Shown: positions 11,838 to 26,200 of the stretch, piece by piece | Numbering within the stretch: the first letter of the stretch is position 1 | Layout of the letters: each line of letters begins with the position of its first letter | Assembly: GCF_006345805.1 (NCBI RefSeq) | Contig: NC_042999.1 | Span: 91,016,001-91,080,000 of the forward strand | DNA length: 64,000 bases | Direction: 5' to 3' | From: Octopus sinensis | Lineage: Eukaryota | Notes under the pieces: generated by a model | Database searches by the model: none | Told to the model about the DNA's origin: nothing | The model's input: only the letters and a program-made list of their open reading frames with translations | Made by a program: the position numbers and the translations under genes

Positions 11838-12269
11838 GATGATGATGATGATGAGTAATAAAAGAGTGGAACCAATTGAGCATATTATAACAGAGTGCAT
11901 AGCAAGCGGCGTCATAGCAAGTTATGTCTATATTTACATTGGCAATTTTGTAAAAAAAAATATGTTGCTTTTCAGAAAGTAGAACATTCATGCAGCAGAA
12001 CTTATTTGTTGATTTTGAAGTTCATAAATAAAAATTAAAGATCGTAGAGCAAATTTCATTACAAATGAAATTAATTAAAAAAATAGACGTTGAAATTCAC
12101 TCGGAAAAATAAAGAGAGAAATATAGTCAAAGAATAACAGATTACGAAAATACGCAGATTTCAAAGCAGAGATATGAAAGGCATATGTTGCACCAGTTAA
12201 CATCGAAGCATTAAGTTCAATTTCCACTGAAAACAATTATGACACGAATGTAGAAATTCACGCACTCAA

Positions 12270-13420
12270 AATCTTTGTTTGAAACAGCTCATGTTCTTAG
12301 AAAGTACTTCTTGTACCTCTTCCATTTATTACTGTCTCTCGCAACATCACCCAGATCTCACTGGCTCCGCACGTTCATTCTCTTCTTCATCTAGTCGAAC
12401 ATCTTCATCTTCATTATCTGCCTCCCTCTCGCTCTCCTTCCTACCAGCTCAGTCTTCACCATGTAACGCTCCATTCCGTCGTCCTCTCTAATAAAATGAC
12501 CAACAAATCTCCACAGCTTCTTTCTAATAGTATCCGTCAACTGTCTCTTCCCTTTCATCTTATTCAACACTTCCACATTCGTCACCCTCTGTACTCACGA
12601 GGTTCTAAGCATTGTTCTATAAAACCACATTTCTATAGCTTTTGAGTCTCTTCTCCATGACTCTGCTTATCGTCCAAGACTCACATCCATACATTATCAC
12701 TGACCAAGTGTAGCACTTCAATAGTCTTTTCTTGACTTCCATTCCAATTCCCTTTGCACAAAAATATGCTCCTCATATCCATAAGTCTTCTTTGCTACTC
12801 CAATTCTGAACCCGATGTCCTTATCTGACCTTCCATCCGATGTTATCCATCTTCCAAGGTATATGAAACCATCCTTCTGCTCTATCCCAGTCCATTCACC
12901 GTCAAGCGACATGCGGGTACCTGTGCTTTCTTGGTACAGACCATTGAGAAGGTTTTCTGGCAGTTAATTGTCAATTCAAGCTTGCCACTCTCCTCAGTCA
13001 CGATATTAATCCAATCCCTAAAGCTTCCCTTCTGTGTTCGCAAACAAAGCCGTTTCGTCTGCGTACCTCAGATTGTTATAATTCCTTTCCCTCAGTTGTG
13101 GACCTGCAATTGTCTTGATCTTGCTTAGAGCTTTCTCGCTATACAGATTGAATAAATCAGATGACAAAATACAACCCTGCCGGACGCTTTTCTGAATGTC
13201 AATCCAGTTGCCCAATTCTCCATGCACTATGATGGCCGCTTTTTGGTCCCAATACAAATTTCGAATCATTCTTAGATCTTTCCCATCAATCTCGAGTTCT
13301 TCCAACATTCTCACCAATTCTACATGCTTGACACAGTCAAACGCCTTCACATAATCAATAAAACTGATGTACAAGTCTTTTTGTTTCTCTATACACTTCA
13401 CTAACGTTCTCAAGCACAGA
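12270..13420 (-). mobile_element. RTE-clade LINE reverse transcriptase fragment (decayed)
   Basis: NAILCLRTL...FIDYVKAFDCVKH...IRNLYWDQKAAI...VRQGCILSSDLFNLYSE...NNLRYADET; then FIYLGRWITSDGRSDKDI..RIGVAKK and ...WRFVGHFIRED..E....GRRARGRQ. Confidence 0.9.
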
Positions 13421-13680
13421 ATTGCATTAATTTGTAAGTGGAACAAGAAAAACATACAAGCCATTACTAAGTTGCCAAACGGTTTTTGTTGGTCAGAATC
13501 ATATAAAATTGAAAAATCTCAATATAATCGTAAAAATCTGAAATATTATGACGTTTAATGAATACCTGAATAGATGGGAAATCTCGATAAAAAAAATATA
13601 TTTACTTTCAAAATCTACACTGTGATTGCATCGAATTTTAGAAAGAGAAATTTGGTTGCCCACACCCACGCACGTGCATA

Positions 13681-13721
<41 letters not shown>

Positions 13722-13939
13722 GTATACACACATACACATGTAGACACACATACACATGTACACTCACACATAATCGAACGATCTATTACTGTGTCAATCA
13801 ATCTATGCATCTCGATACCGCTCTATATTTCATAAGCAATCGATTACTGTCTCTATTACCCACTTTGTTTCATACTAGTCGCTCGCTCTCACTCTCTCTC
13901 CAAAACCCACACATATACATACTGTTACACACACACACA

Positions 13940-13979
<40 letters not shown>

Positions 13980-16779
13980 CACACACACACACGCACGCAC
14001 ATATGTGCAAGCATGCCAAAAATCTGAACGTCAAAAATATAAATTCCCTGGAATTTTTTCCAGGGAATTTATATGTAGATATATAGGAATTTTAAAACTA
14101 TCAATATAGCTAAATATATCTATAGTCTTTAAACACAGAATATCATCCACAAATTCAATAGAAAAATTCCTATTCATTTCACTCTTTATATACATATACT
14201 TATATATCACATATGTTCTAGAACTGAAAACGCAAAAAATTAAAATATGTATACAAAATCTGAATCAGCTGAAATATTAATTGTTCATAAATATAGAATT
14301 TAAGTTGAATATTATATCAAAAGTTGGGGAGAACAGAACATTTTTAGCTGATGTAGAATACACGATTAAATAGCGTATTTTTTTAATGTTTTATTGCTGA
14401 CATTAGCTATTGAAACCAAGTAACCATTACAGGTTCTAGATGCCGTTAATTGGACACCCATAGATTATTATGGCAGTTTAATATTTATATAAAGCTATTT
14501 ATGTAGTTTAGTGTTATATTACTGCTATCCAATTATCGTTTTCATTTTATAGTTAAATACCAAGTTTGTTAGGACGGTGTGGAGTGTTATAATTGTTAGA
14601 GAGTCGGTAACATGTCTTGCAGTACTTCTCTTGGTTATACTCATCGGGCAGGTGCCATGTGGGTCTCGCAAGAAAGAGTCGCAAGGCGGACTGTTCAAAC
14701 CGAGCCAACCAGCAGGAAACCAAGAGGTAGAACAATGAAGGCAAGGATGAAAGGCAAGGTCAAGTTCGGCGAAATGCTTAAAGGCCTGAAATTTGTGGAG
14801 AGGGAACTAGTCGATTACATCACTGGTGCTTAATTTATCAACCTCGAAAGAATTAAAGGCATAGTCAACTTCGGTAGAAATTGAACTCAGAACATAGAGA
14901 CGGATGAAATGCTGCTTCGCATTTTGATCGGCATGCTAACGATTCAGCCAGCTGGCCGTGTTGTAATAAGAATAAATAGAGTATTGACCCTCGTTTGAGT
15001 ACGATATGATTTAGAAAAACAGAAACTATGTAAATTGTGCATTTGTATAGTATAGATACAATATAATACATATTCATTTGGTCATGATTAGGATCCCGGC
15101 TGGGACATGTGATGATGGCTGCTTCTCTAAGGACGTCCTGGAGGAGGTGTATTCAGACTCTATCCCTATGACCTTCATAAGAAGAGCAGGCAGAGACGAA
15201 TGGATGAATGGATGGATGAATAGAAAGTTGTAGAGTGTGGAGTTGTTATTCAGAAACATTCTGTTTTTCTCTCCATTTTTAAGAATTATTCATATTCACC
15301 AATTTGGTGACAGTACCTAATTTCTTACATATGTTCATTGCTTTTCATTTTTTTGTGTGTTTCCTTCTCTCTTATGGCCTTCAAAGCATGCAACCGCCGT
15401 ATCACTTTACATTTTTCGGAATTTTATTCTAAATTATACATTTTAACATAGGAGATTGCAGTTCTGCCAAAAGATGTTTTACTCTTAAAACTGAATTTTA
15501 TAAAGTCAACACTCTCATTCTACCAAATGAAAGGTATGACTGGGCGAGGGTCTGGTAGAAATTTTTAGGTCAGCATGAACATCCTGATTTGTTTCTTCTA
15601 AAAGTTTTGCAGGCTGAAGTTAATGAGAATTTTTAAAAGCCCTTGGCTTGAGAATTTTGGTCTGCTCGGAAATGACTCTAAAGACATGGCCATGATGGAT
15701 CTGCTAACAAACTGTATCCTCGTTGTGTGCCGCGCAGGGTGATGAGACTGTCGGGCTCACTACACTGGTTCGATACTCCTTCACTGTTGATGTGTGAATT
15801 TATATTGAACAGATCTTATCACGTGCAAAAAGGACCAGAATATCGATCGAGTATATCATGAAGATCATCCTACCACTTTTTTGAGAGTAAGAACAAGTAA
15901 ATTTCTAATCGATGTTTATACCGTGTAAAGCGCTCAACCGTTTCGATAATGTAACGAAAACACTAATGGACTTATGTCGAATAAGTGTTATTACTTTCAG
16001 GAAGGATACAGCCACCAGCTGAGTTTATCTTTAAGAACACCACACCGCTGACTTATGGTAAAGCACAGTCGTAAGTACTCTCTCTGGTGGCTGTAGCAAA
16101 GTAAACTGCAATATTAACATGTTGACCGGTTTGAGGACAAAAACATTTCTTCTCGGGCTAAACCCTCAGCATCTTATTCAATTGCCGGTTAAAAAAGGTG
16201 CTACCACCCAGTAAATTTATGAACGTTGTGTGAAAGTTCAAAAACTGTCATGATTAAATGGATCTGGTCCAATGCAGTTATAATTTGGTGGTAAGAAAGA
16301 GGCAAATCAGTTGAATTTGGCGCACCAGAGTAACTCGGGGTTTCGTTTGGAACACGATAAAATATTTTTGGTCGTTTCACGCCAACATTTCGGTCATTCT
16401 TTCTTGCTGATATTTAGCTGCGGTATATAGTTATCGATATTTATAGTTATCAATTAAGTACTATACTATTAACGTTATTGTTGATTCCAGCGTTTGACTC
16501 AAAAGTTACCCACGCTGTTTCTTGTTAGTTGTTCACTTTTGTATTTCCCCTTTCAAAGTTTTCGAACTTTTTGATCCAGTGGGGCTAATAAAATGCACTG
16601 TTGTTGTTGTTATTATTATTATTCTAGTCAAATACTGGAAGCGAGTAATCGAAGAGTCCTCACATCCAAAATTTCAGGCCTTGTGTTTATCGCAGAAATT
16701 TCCATTATTAGATACATTTTACCCGCACTTTCTAGTCTCTGTAATTTAGTAGCTAGGTGATGATACTTTGATATTTTTT

Positions 16780-17910
16780 CTATACCTCTCGTATTGATTT
16801 TTCATCATTTGTGACTGTCAAGTAAATTATCTGGCACTTTCTATTCTCTTTGTCTACTACTACTATGTCAGGCCTTCTAGCTTCTCTTACTCTGTCAGTC
16901 TGAATATTAAAGTTTCACAACATCTTATATTTATTACTTTCTAGTACTTTACTTGGTTCATGTTAATACCATTTATCATTATGTTCAATTCATAGCTTTC
17001 AACATAACTTTCAGTGGATTACTCTCCCTAGATTGTCATGTCTTTTCTTGTATTCTTCCTGTGCCAGCATGCTACATTCACTTACTATATCACTACAACT
17101 TTTGGTTTGCATAACCTACATTGAGAATCTGCTTGCTTTTTGTCTAACTTGTTTTTTTATCCAATTAGTTCTTAATGAGTGATCTTGTGCTGTTACTAAC
17201 AAAATTTCTGTTTCCCTGTTTGAGCCTTCCTTTCTACAACCATAACCATGTCTCACTACTACAATTTGCCGTAACTATATTTGGGAATCTGCCATGCAAA
17301 TCATTCTACTGCCAATTAGATAATGCCTGTTCTTTTTTCTGGTTTTTAACTTAGTTTAGTTTTTGGGTTTCCCTATATCCTGCTCTGACTCTAGTAGCAG
17401 TTAATAAGCTTCCTTCACTATTACCTACATAGGAATCTATATCTACACAACAGAACTCTGTACAGTCTTTTTACTGATATTAGCCCTCTTTCTAGATAAG
17501 TATAATCTTGCTACTCTTGCCCTTCCTAGTTCTGCTTGCTTTGCTAATTCAGTTTTTATCCAATCTACAAAAGCTGCTGAGTATCTAATTAATGATACTA
17601 CCCAAGTATTTACAGCCTACACTAGATTCGGACAATTTACCTTCTTCACCTAAAAGTTCATCCTTTTAAAAGTTTTGCTGTGGTTTACAGTCTTTGTAGT
17701 TGTGCAGTATGTATATATTAGCAGGTGCTTAGTTCCTTAATTTTTTATCGTGCATTTAATTGTGCTGTTACAGTAAAATGCTTGTTTACATATTCTGTTA
17801 ATCAGGGAAGAATGGAAGAATGCACTTCATATAATTGGTCCTTAATGCTTGTACCTGAGCTGCACATAATGATTTTTCCTGTAGTTGGTACCTGGGGTAC
17901 GAACTAAAGG
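16780..17910 (-). mobile_element. R4/Dong-type LINE fragment(s), decayed
   Basis: Reverse translation gives AVNTWVVSLIRYSAAFVDW, LHGRFP, TWLWL.KG.LK, and DRVREARRPDIVVVDK-like motifs. Confidence 0.7.
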
Positions 17911-18329
17911 AAAAATCTTTATTATTATCATTTTTTCTTCTTTCACTTTCGTTTCAAATTCTTACTGAGTATCTCCCTGACACCTAGGGCAAAGAAACTG
18001 ACTGTATAAAAGGATAGGCCATTAACATAAACACGCCAGATAGCTCATTTACAAAATCAACTGAATTTATGTGAAAGAAAGAAAAACAAGAATAATTATT
18101 TACTGGGGTGGTAACCGTTCTCATAGAAACGATATTCTCAATATATTTCATGTAGCAGCTAAAACAATATTTTGCACTTTCTTCAGGGATGGTAAGCTAG
18201 GCATCAAGTAATTTGCAGTTACTTTTTCGATGATTCCAACTACACCTAAAATCACTGGTATAGTAACTGTCTTGATATGCCTTATTTTTCGATTTCAATG
18301 ACCAAATCTTTATATTTTCTGAGGTTGTC

Positions 18330-18700
18330 AAATTCTTTTGCAGAGATGTTATGATCACAAGGAACGCTCATGCCGATCAATAAACAAACTTTATTGTTTT
18401 GGTTTTTCACAACAATTTATCAACCAATTGTTCCCATTTATCAACCAATTGTTCATACGCTTTTTTCTATGCCATTGCTTTCACCTTTGCAGCAACAGTT
18501 GCAGCACTTCAAACATGCTCTTCAGCCTGGTTATTATGTATGAACTCAGTGGCAAATGTGTTGATCTCTTTCATGACAAAACGAAGCTTCTTACGCCTCT
18601 CGTGGTTTTCAACGTGTTTTCGCATCCAGTCGTTAGATGATTCAAGATATTCGGCTAGTCCAATTGTGGTCGATTTGTAAAAGATTTCAAATGGGATCTG
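18330..18700 (-). mobile_element. R4/Dong-type LINE fragment
   Basis: STTIGLAEYLESSNDWMRKHVENHERRKKLRFVMKE, matching the post-RT region of this clade as I recall it. Confidence 0.6.
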
Positions 18701-19392
18701 GGAAAGTAAAGACGATCTGAATCTTCTTTTGAGTGGTGCATCTTATTGCAAATTAGCAGCTAACGAATTTTTCGGTCAATTCTTTTTTTATCTCACTGAT
18801 ATTCCAGTTTAACACATTTAAACTATAAATAACGACAAGAAGTGCTAAAAGGAATTTATAGCTAACACCTTGTTAGGTGCATTTAGCTCAGGTTTCAGCA
18901 CTGCTTGAAATTCCCCAGTAACGTTGCTTCCTGATCTGGTCTTTCATGCTTGAATGCTGATTGCCAGGTCCTTCATTGATTTCGAGGTTTTGTAAATTTG
19001 TTCCTGCTCAAGTTTTTTTTATAACTGTGTCGCATCTAACACGGCTGAATTTAAATTGTTCAATTTCCCTTTCTGGAAAGTGGCCTCCGCATATTTATCA
19101 AGACCAAATTCTATCCCGATGTCATTACTGAATGCTCTCACAGTACATAATATGCATTCTGGTTAATTATTTTCTCTGCCATAAAATTTAAAGTCTTTCA
19201 TATAAATATATGGCGTATTTTCGTATCGTCAAATTTATAACCATACTCTGTTAGGTTCACTTGTAAGGGGTATTAGGGCTATGCAAAAAATTAGAGGTGA
19301 AAATGAGTCACCTTGAAAAATGCCACACTTGAAGTTAATATTTTTTTAAGCTAGTCCTCCATTAGAATGGTATTATTGGAGATTCGTATTCC

Positions 19393-19473
<81 letters not shown>

Positions 19474-19570
19474 GTTGTTGTTGTTGTTGTTATTATTATT
19501 ATTATTATTATTAGTAGTAGTAGTAGTAGTAGTAGCAGTAGTATAATTATTATTATTAACATCATCATCA

Positions 19571-19625
<55 letters not shown>
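19393..19625. repeat. Compound trinucleotide microsatellite (ATT/GTT/AGT/ATC)n, representative of dozens of di-, tri- and tetranucleotide tracts in the window (e.g. 10785-10940, 21345-21545, 27865-28050, 28550-28815, 33020-33120, 34085-34270, 41340-41468, 50280-50420, 57770-57990)
   Basis: Directly visible simple repeats. Confidence 0.95.
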
Positions 19626-20669
19626 CCAAATTCTCTACGACAAAAACAAAATATCCTCATCCCCTTCACCCCCTTCATCATCGGCATCACCGTATTCTCA
19701 AAACTTTCATGCGTATTTTTGCAGCAGCATCAAATGTACTTCTGCCCCATAAGCATAGCATTTTTGTTCTTTGTTATCTCGCTTTTCTGGTGTACAATTG
19801 TGGTATACATACTATAACTGTTCTCCTTTGTTGTTTTCTTTGCTTTGTTCCTGTTTATTTTACATGATTTTATTGTTTCGTCCCTTTGTTGCGCAGAGTA
19901 AGTGCAATATGAGATGAGTTATTATGCTTAAAGTGTATTTGATTAATTGTTTCTATGGGGACTTTTTATGATATTCATTATTATTTGGTATTTTAGTACT
20001 TCTTTTAATATCCTTTCCTTTTTGGCCTCAATACCTTACATTTTATTATGTAGTAGGCTCTGGAATATTTCCTATTGTCTTTTGAGGGCATATTTTTCGT
20101 ATTGCCTTTTTTTCTTCGCTGGAGGCTTATGTGTTTTGCGTGTAGGGCTTCTGTTGTAGCATTCACCATTCACCATATCTTTCTGTTTTATTTTATTTTC
20201 AATATGAATTCTTTCTATTGGGTATTTTATTTCTTTCTTCCTTTTTTTTATCTAATTTTGCTTTTATTATAATTTTCTTCATATATTTTTTCATTCGTGT
20301 TTCTCTCAATAAGTTCGACGTCTTTTATAGTGATTTATTTTTGTGTTTGATAGGGTATTGATACGTAATAGCAATGTAGAAATTTTGTCGTCATTGTTAT
20401 CATCATCATCGTCGTCGTCGTTGTCATCATCTTCATCGTCGTCGTCTTCGTTGTTGTCATCATCTTCGTCGTCATCGATAGCACTTTGAACAAAATGCGT
20501 AGCGGCGGTTCTTTCGGCTCTTTAAATTCTGTGTCCAAATACTACTGGGGTGAACTTCACCTTTCATCTTTCGGATCGTTGAAATAAACATCGGACGAAT
20601 ACTAGTGTCTATGTAATCGAATAACCTCCTCCCACTAAAGTTGCTCGCCTTTTGACGTAATTATTATTA

Positions 20670-21340
20670 TTTTGAGTTGGTTCAGATTCGTTCTTGTTCC
20701 TGGTAGGAATTATGTGGATAGCGTGTTACTACCTGTAACTTTAAGTAGACACAAGTTCTCAGCAGTCTTTCAATTGCTTAGAACCCTCCTGATAATCCAT
20801 GCTGTCTCCAAGAGCCACACTCACTATAGGAGCTCTACCGGACCTTCTTTTCTAGTCTCCTTCAGCCACTTGTCTACATTTTGGTTTACTGTTCCCAACG
20901 AACCGATTACCTTTACGGTTTGAATGCTTCAAATTCTTCATCTTTACGATCCTAGAATCAAACGAGCATGAGGAGTCGATCAATAAGAAACTTCGCTTTT
21001 CCTTATATATAATCTTTATGCCTGGTCGATTATTTTCTAATTTTTTGTCCCTTTGAATACGAAAGTCCCACAAAATCTTACATTTTTCCGACTCCAGTAC
21101 TCTTTCGGCTCGATGACTGTACCATGTGTTTCCAGTTTCAAAACTCTGGCGCAGTTTCCAGTGTAAAATGTTTACGGCCTGGTCATGCCTCCGTTTCTTA
21201 AATTTTTCCTCTGCCAACTTGGGGCATTCTGTGTGCTACTGTCTCATTTCAAGTTCCACAGGCACTAATATTTTTCTCACACATTCTTTCCATGTGTATA
21301 TTTTTTCTCAAGTTGTTTCTTTTTTATCACTTGATATTAT
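20670..21340 (-). mobile_element. R4/Dong-type LINE restriction-like endonuclease fragment
   Basis: KKRRHDQAVNILHWKL...WYSHRAERVLESEKCKILWDFRIQRDKKLENNRPGI...LLIDSSCSFD (PD-(D/E)xK region). Confidence 0.85.
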
Positions 21341-21464
21341 TATCATTCTTCTTCTTCTTCTTCTTCTTCTTCTTCTTCTTCTTCTTCTTCTTCTTCTTCT
21401 TCTTCTTCTTCTTCTTCTTCTTCTTCTTCCCTTTCTTATCCTTCCCTTTCATCTTCTTCTTCTT

Positions 21465-21495
<31 letters not shown>

Positions 21496-22467
21496 TTATT
21501 ATTATTATTAGTAGTAGTAGTAGTAGTAGTAGTGGTAGTAGTATTAGCTTCCTTTCAAATTTTATGTAAGCTCCTACACAAACTGCTAATTATCCTTGTC
21601 AAGTCCACCTCATTATATGTCCCTGTCACAATTAAAAGAAAGAAAATAATAATAATCCTTTTTACAATATGTACCTTCACTTTTTAAGTGTAATTCCTTA
21701 TATATTCATTTCAAATTTATTCTATCTCCAAATTCTTCCTCAATACATAAACATTTTTCAACATTGCAAAATCTTCTCTATGCTGCGTAGTAGTTAGTAG
21801 CGGTAGTAACAGATGAGATGAAGATGAATCTTATTTCACTACTAGATTGCTAACCAGATATCACTGGCCTATCCTGCGGGAAAAAATGCCAATCAACTGC
21901 GGCTAAAACCAAGCCAAAGAGTCGTCTCACTGTGTCTCTCAGCATGTCAGCACGAACAATCATGACAATGAAAACAACAAAAGCAAACACGAAAACAACA
22001 GAAACAACTAAACTAACGCATTTCTGTCATTTCTATCACCACCAACAGCTGTATTGAAAACAATAACGGTTGCAACAAGAAAACAAGAAAACAAGAAAGA
22101 CAAGATTGAAAACACCAGCAGCACGAGTAACTACAACGACAACGATGATAGCAACATCACTACACTGAATTCAAAACAATTTCAAAATCACGCTTGTTTA
22201 CTACAGTATTGAAAACTTGAATTTATATAACTTTGGAGGACAGCACAACTTCAACTTGTGGTACCGATGCTGCTTCGCCAGGATGAATATCATAGTACTT
22301 ATTTGAGAATATAAAAAAAAATAAGGACACTAATCTACGAATGTACCATCAGGAATAGTAGAAAGGTCGAAAACTCAACAACAGTACACGCTGGTAGATG
22401 CTTTAAGGAGATATCTGGATCAGTATGACGTCCAAGGAAAAGAAAACAATTTGAAGCAGTAGAAGTT

Positions 22468-22886
22468 TTCTTATTTCTTTATTTCCCACAAGGAGCTAAA
22501 CATAGAGGGGACAAACAAGGACAGACAAAGGGATTAAGTCGATTACATCGATCCCAGTGCATAACTGGTACTTAATTTATCGTCCCCGAAAAGAAGAAAG
22601 GCAAAGTCGACCTAGACAGAAAGTGCACTCGGAACTTAACGGCAGATGAAATACCTATTTCTTTACTACCCACAAGATGCTTATCACAGAGAGGACAAAC
22701 AAGGACACACAAACGGATTAAGTCGATTATATCGACCCCAGTGCGTAACTGGTACTTATTTAATCGACCCCGAAAGGATGAAAGACAAAGTCGGCCTCGG
22801 CGGAATTTGAACTCAGAGCGTAACGGCAGATGAAATACCGCTTAGCATTTCGCCCGGCGTGCTAACGTTTCTGCTAGCTCGCCGCT
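22468..22886 (-). mobile_element. Head-to-tail SINE dimer (full copy ~22651-22886 plus 5'-truncated copy ~22468-22650), same family as 30445
   Basis: Two consecutive copies of the central and tail domains. Only one carries the GCGGCGAGCTAGCAG head. Confidence 0.8.
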
Positions 22887-23039
22887 TTAAGTAGAAGTTT
22901 TCTGCCTTAACGAAGAAATACCAACGGATACTCGCTCATCCGAGCAATATGTACTCTTATCCTCCTATTTAGGAAAACGTTTATGTAAGTTGGCACTGGG
23001 AATAAACGACAACTTAAGGTGACACTAGAAATAAACGTC

Positions 23040-23800
23040 AACCGCTTCAGAGTGATCCTGAAGGAGAACTGTAAGATTTTAAATATGAGATTTACCTCAC
23101 ACAAAAAGTGGGCTGAAATAACTGTTGAGATTTAGATGCGGCTCATTCCAGAAAATTTACTAAAAATCACTGAAATCATACACAGGAGGATTCGGGATTC
23201 TATAAGAATTGTGGTAGAAGGCAGGGATGTGCTCAGGTGTTACTCATGTGAGAGCACTACAAGGTGTTATGCCGCTGTGTAATAGCCAAAGCCACAGCAT
23301 CAACATCTCCAATACCAGTATCAGGAACTGCAGAGATGTGCACAGACACCTACACACATACACACAAAATCCAGTCACGTCTTTCTTCGCGGAATAACCC
23401 TCAAATAGCGAAGAAAAGTCGGAGGAATACAGGAAATGGCAAGTGGTCAACAGAAAGGCGCCAAAATCAATGGCAAAATGTCATAACACCAACCCCCCTC
23501 TCCAAATAGACGCAACAATCCACGACACTCTACGTTATAATACACTAGCTCAAGCACCGAAACAACACGATGAACAACAAAAAACAAGCCACAATGCAAT
23601 TATTACAACAACCAAACATGCCTGTTTAGCCCCTACAAGAAGAAAAAAATCACTGGCTCAAGAACAAGCACAACAAAACACTCAACTAGAAAACAAGAGC
23701 TTCACTGTGATAAACAAAAACAGCAACGGATTGAGGTACTACATAGAAAAACAGCACAAAGACGAAATAACAACAGAAAGAAAAAGTTTGAAAAATTGAT
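23040..23800 (+). mobile_element. Possible L1/Tx1-type ORF1 (gag-like) remnant
   Basis: IRIVVEGRDVLRCYSC resembles the RRM-end plus zinc-knuckle start of Tx1/L1 ORF1; followed by a low-complexity K/Q/T-rich tail. Degenerate. Confidence 0.35.
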
Positions 23801-24999
23801 TCTAGAAGCACCTAAAAGCAGAGAGTTAATAAAAAGCCAAATGTATTACTATCTTCTAGACACCTTCCCACGTGGGTGTTTAGAAAGTCGGTTAGCAAAA
23901 CTTTATTACCAGAGCCTTTCAAGAATCACGCGCCTCAAAAGAAGACGAACTATCCACAACTCGCAATGACGTAGGTGAGTTTCCTCTCCTTCTTTTGTCC
24001 CTAATATAGTGTAACTCAGAATACGATGTATGTGGTCTGGTAGTCACCTGAGGCGTAAGAACTGTGTAGGGTTAACCCATTGAAGGGGATGCAACATCTC
24101 GAAAACCTGCTCATATGTTTCCAACTGTCTGACACGTACCGAGCAAATTTCCAGAATATACTCTGAGGAATTTAAACAACTACCATGGGTCGTTCAGATC
24201 TACAGAGATAAAATATTCGCTAGGGTAGCAGACAGAGATGTTTTAGAGTATTCGCAATTTAAAGTGGTCAGATATACATGTCAAAGTTTGGATCTGTACA
24301 GGCGCCTTAGATAGGATTAATAGATAGGGACACGACTGTTAGGAAGTTGAACGCGTCTTTTCCAACGCAAAAGGACTATAGAGACTAGATTAGCGAAGTA
24401 GTGAAGCGGAATTATTAAGTGCAATATTCAACATGTGATGAGAAACTCTGAAGAGGGCAGTTAAATACTAGTCAACAGCATTTCGTAAAGAGCAAGTTGT
24501 CGACAGTAGAGGAAGAGCTGGTTAGTAAACTAAAACAGCCAATTAGAAATGGCATCGCAACTATTGCGTTAGTGACGAGAATTGCCCTCAACAACTTCTT
24601 TCAAAACAAATAAAGCTGTGTTTTCAAGGCTAGAGCTTGTGCTCTAACCATAACAACGCAAGAATGAAACAGGTGACATGAAAAAAGTTCACATCAATTG
24701 TACACTGGTCTTGCGGTGTCCCCTCCTCTATGTCCATGATAAAAGAAATCATGATCATGATCTTCACCATACTTATTATCATTATCCTTATCTCTTTATC
24801 ACAAGTTTTGTTGGAGCTCCTGACGTTTTGCAAGCGTAGCGGGCTTTCTGCCTGCAGCCTACGGTAACATACTATTCAGCCTTTTCAGTTATCTAGTACT
24901 TTACTGATTATTCTGGACGTGGAAACGGCGCAAACCTTTTCCAACAGTTCTACTATGCAAACTATTCCAATTTCCTTTATATTCCTCTTAATGACTTCT

Positions 25000-26200
25000 G
25001 ATACTGTTCCTAAGGACCGAAAAATAATTGGCACTATGTTAACCTTCATTTTCCATAGCCGGGCTATTTCGTACTTAAAAGGTTTGTATCTATCTTTTCG
25101 CCTCCCTTCTTGAAATTTCGTGGGTCAAAGGGAGATACAACGTCAAATATATAGCATATGTGGTGCACTTTGTCCACCACCACAAGGACCGTTCTGTTAT
25201 ACTCTAGCAGCTGATGTGTTTGGATTGGAAAATCCTAGAGGATTTTGCTAGTCTCCAACACTGCTACTCTCTGCAGTTTATGCTCATACCACGTCTTGCC
25301 TCTCTCTAGCTCCCACTTTACGCACAGTTTCCAATATAGCACGTTCGCTACCTGGTCGTGTCGCTACAACTTGTAGTAGTTTTGGGAATTCGTTTGTGAT
25401 ATATGCAATGCATTCATTCAGTCTATTGCAGATGCGGCATATTATCATCATCATCATCATCATCATCATTAATATTATTATTATTGTTGTTGTTGTTATT
25501 ATTTCCTTTGCATAGCTTCTAGCGCTGGAAATGTACTACAGTGTCAGCTGTTCAATACCAGTGAACTAAGGTAACACCTCTTAATTTTTCGAGTACCTTC
25601 CAGAGTATTCGATCGGTTCCAAGCAGTGCTGTTTTCTGTAAGTGTTCCACTCTTATGGCAGCCTCTTTTTGTTCCACGTACTTCTCGAGATTTTTGCTCA
25701 CTCTTCAAGCCTAACACACTACAGTTTCTCAGTTCGAACTCCATTTTGATATCAGCTCTGAAAGTATACACCATATCAACGAGGGAACTGACTTGGGATT
25801 TATCTTTACCATAAAGTTTGAGGTCATTCATGAATAACATGGTTGACTTTTTGTTAGCGGCTTTTGAATACATACACAGCTTTAGCTTTCCTCAGAATCA
25901 CCATTTTCGTCCATGGGATTGCTCATGTAGTAACAGTCCATGACCACAGCATTGACTTTGTTCCATCTACGCCATGTGTGATGGTCCCTTAGTGGATAAC
26001 GACAGGCTTGATTCGAACCAGTATCACTGAGCTTGCCAGGTGCAACACTGTCATCATCAATGACTTCAGTTTCGTTACCACCGTTATTCACAATATTTTG
26101 CTTTTTCATTGTCACTCATATGAGGTAGCGATTATCAGGTTGCGCAATTACCAGTGTCTTTTTTGTAACACCATCACTAGATGTATCATCAATCAGGACA
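25000..26200 (-). mobile_element. R4/Dong-type LINE pieces (N-terminal, RT and 3' end) separated by microsatellite
   Basis: WRRWNKVNAVVMDCYYMSNP; LFMNDLKLYGKDKSQVSSL..V.TF.ADIKMEF (RT motif C, FMDD); ILETVRKV at the 3' end. Confidence 0.7.
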
